Origin: Octopus sinensis
Taxonomy: Eukaryota
Length of the DNA: 8,488 nt
Assembly: GCF_006345805.1 (NCBI RefSeq)
Contig: NW_021828438.1
Span: forward strand, 1-8,488
Direction of reading: 5' to 3'
Part shown: piece by piece, positions 7,365 through 8,488 of the stretch
Layout: each line of letters begins with the position of its first letter
Numbering within the stretch: the stretch's first letter is position 1
Program-made: the position numbers and the translations under genes
Notes under the pieces: generated by a model
The model's input: the letters and a program-made list of their open reading frames with translations, nothing else
What the model was told of the DNA's origin: nothing
Databases searched by the model: none

Positions 7365-8136
7365 AGACAATCTAAAGTTTTTTGTGTATATCGAATAATA
7401 AGAAATTGGTATGCGGATGCTCAAGTGAACAACTTAGGGAATTAGTACAGTCTTTAACCTCTAGTACCTGCATCTGTTGTGTGACTCCTGTGGCAAGTTA
7501 CACAGGGTGAACTGGGCGTCCCTAAACATTCGAGGCTATGTTTTACTTGAGATAACCCATGTACATGAAGGTTACAATATACTAAACACACATGCAGAGT
7601 AAACCACGTAGAATATCACTTTCATTCTTCTGCTAGTAGCAGAATAATTCAATCCTAGATGTCATTTAATAAATTGATGCTTCATCTTGATAGTAAGGTC
7701 GGACTTATATTTCGGAAAGATCTATAAAATTAACATCCACATCATGTGATGTATTAGAATAATGATTGTCGGTGTAGGTTTCAGGACTAGTGAATGTCCA
7801 TTACTTGAACATTGCGCTATCAGCCCTATCGTAAGCATTTGAGACAATGATATTCAATTGTCTCACACCCTACCGAAAAAACCAAGGAAAGAACACAACA
7901 CATATTGTGAAGTAAGTAAATCGACGGGATGATCATGACCGAAACGCCTCTGATCATAGCCTTGTCATCAGTGAACAACAAGCATAATTTACAACCAACT
8001 GAAATATATTCTGGGAAAGGAGGGAAATTCGTCGGGTTTGCATTTTAGTAACTAGAGAAATGAGATATCGCCATCCCAATAATCGATCAAAAACTTATAT
8101 GAGGCCATAGAATATTCAGATAAGTGGAGAAAACTT
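7365..8136 (-). pseudogene. Ionotropic glutamate receptor / IR-like pseudogene, copy B (end of S1, M1-M2-M3, S2)
   Basis: AMIRGVSVMIIPSIYLLHNMCCVLSLVF (from 7960), SLSQMLTIGLIAQ (7850-7812; SQMLTIGLIAQ aligns to AMPA SLWFSLGAFMQ), YKSDLT (7709-7692). S2-like motifs follow in the expected order: SINLLND (7681-7661; cf. PIESAED), GLSQVKHS (7558-7535; cf. GVARVRKS), CNLPQ (7502-7488; cf. kainate CNLTQ), FPK (7441-7433) and TLD (7378-7370). Multiple frameshifts. Confidence 0.65.
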
Positions 8137-8191
8137 ATTTAATTTCTGACGATAATTTGTCGGTGAGCATTTGGTTCCAAGCAACCATAAC

Positions 8192-8237
8192 ACCCCCCCT
8201 TAACATAGCGGATCGGCAAAAGTGACCAATAAAATAA
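8192..8237 (+). mobile_element. Residual 46 nt of the old family A SINE in unit B
   Basis: cccccccttaacatagcggatcggcaaaagtgaccaataaaataa corresponds to A 4990-5035. Confidence 0.75.
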
Positions 8238-8340
8238 CACATAGAAACATATAGACACACACACGCACATATATATACATATATACGACGGGCTTCTTTA
8301 AGTTTCTGTCTACCAAATCACTCACAGGGTTTACGCCTAT
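8238..8340 (-). mobile_element. Antisense, internally deleted SINE family A fragment
   Basis: Reverse complement reads ataggcgta|aaccctgtgagtgatttggtagacagaaacttaaagaagcccgtcgtatatatg(TG)n. The first 9 nt of the head are joined to the mid-body, and both the tRNA region and the 3' half are absent. Confidence 0.8.
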
Positions 8341-8486
8341 ATTATATATTATATATATATATATATATACACACACAAACGTACATTTTGCACACATTCA
8401 CATTCACATACACACACAGGTACACTTACATACAACACACATACACGCACATATATTTGTTCGTGTTTGTGTATGTATATATATCC
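8341..8486. repeat. (AT)n and CA-rich microsatellite tract of unit B
   Basis: Homologous to A ~5970-6080, ending atatttgt.cgtgtttgtgtatgtatatatatcc. Confidence 0.8.
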
Positions 8487-8488
8487 CG

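Larger units (their letters stand above)
7693..8486 (+). repeat. Local duplication unit B, internally deleted version of unit A
   Basis: Matches A 3538-3908, 3926-3954, 4347-4397, 4571-4612, ~4990-5035 and ~5985-6080, in that order. Confidence 0.92.

Overview
AT-rich, repeat-dense animal genomic DNA with no intact protein-coding gene. The SINE families look like those of Octopus, so a cephalopod origin is likely; this rests on recognition and is not provable from the window. Contents: (i) about eight copies or fragments of a tRNA-headed SINE with a built-in (TA)/(TG) linker, some nested, plus two fragments of a second SINE family; (ii) a decayed, rearranged RLE-type (R4/Dong-like) non-LTR retrotransposon at ~2350-3521 that lacks the RT catalytic core; (iii) a locally triplicated ~2.5 kb unit (A 3538-6080, C 6301-7362, B 7693-8486). 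The most notable signal is on the minus strand of units A and B: a frameshifted, apparently intronless ionotropic glutamate receptor / IR-like pseudogene. Copy A keeps S1-M1-M2-M3 and copy B keeps M1-M2-M3-S2, so together they reconstruct most of a divergent receptor. All protein assignments come from manual translation and motif comparison, not database searches.
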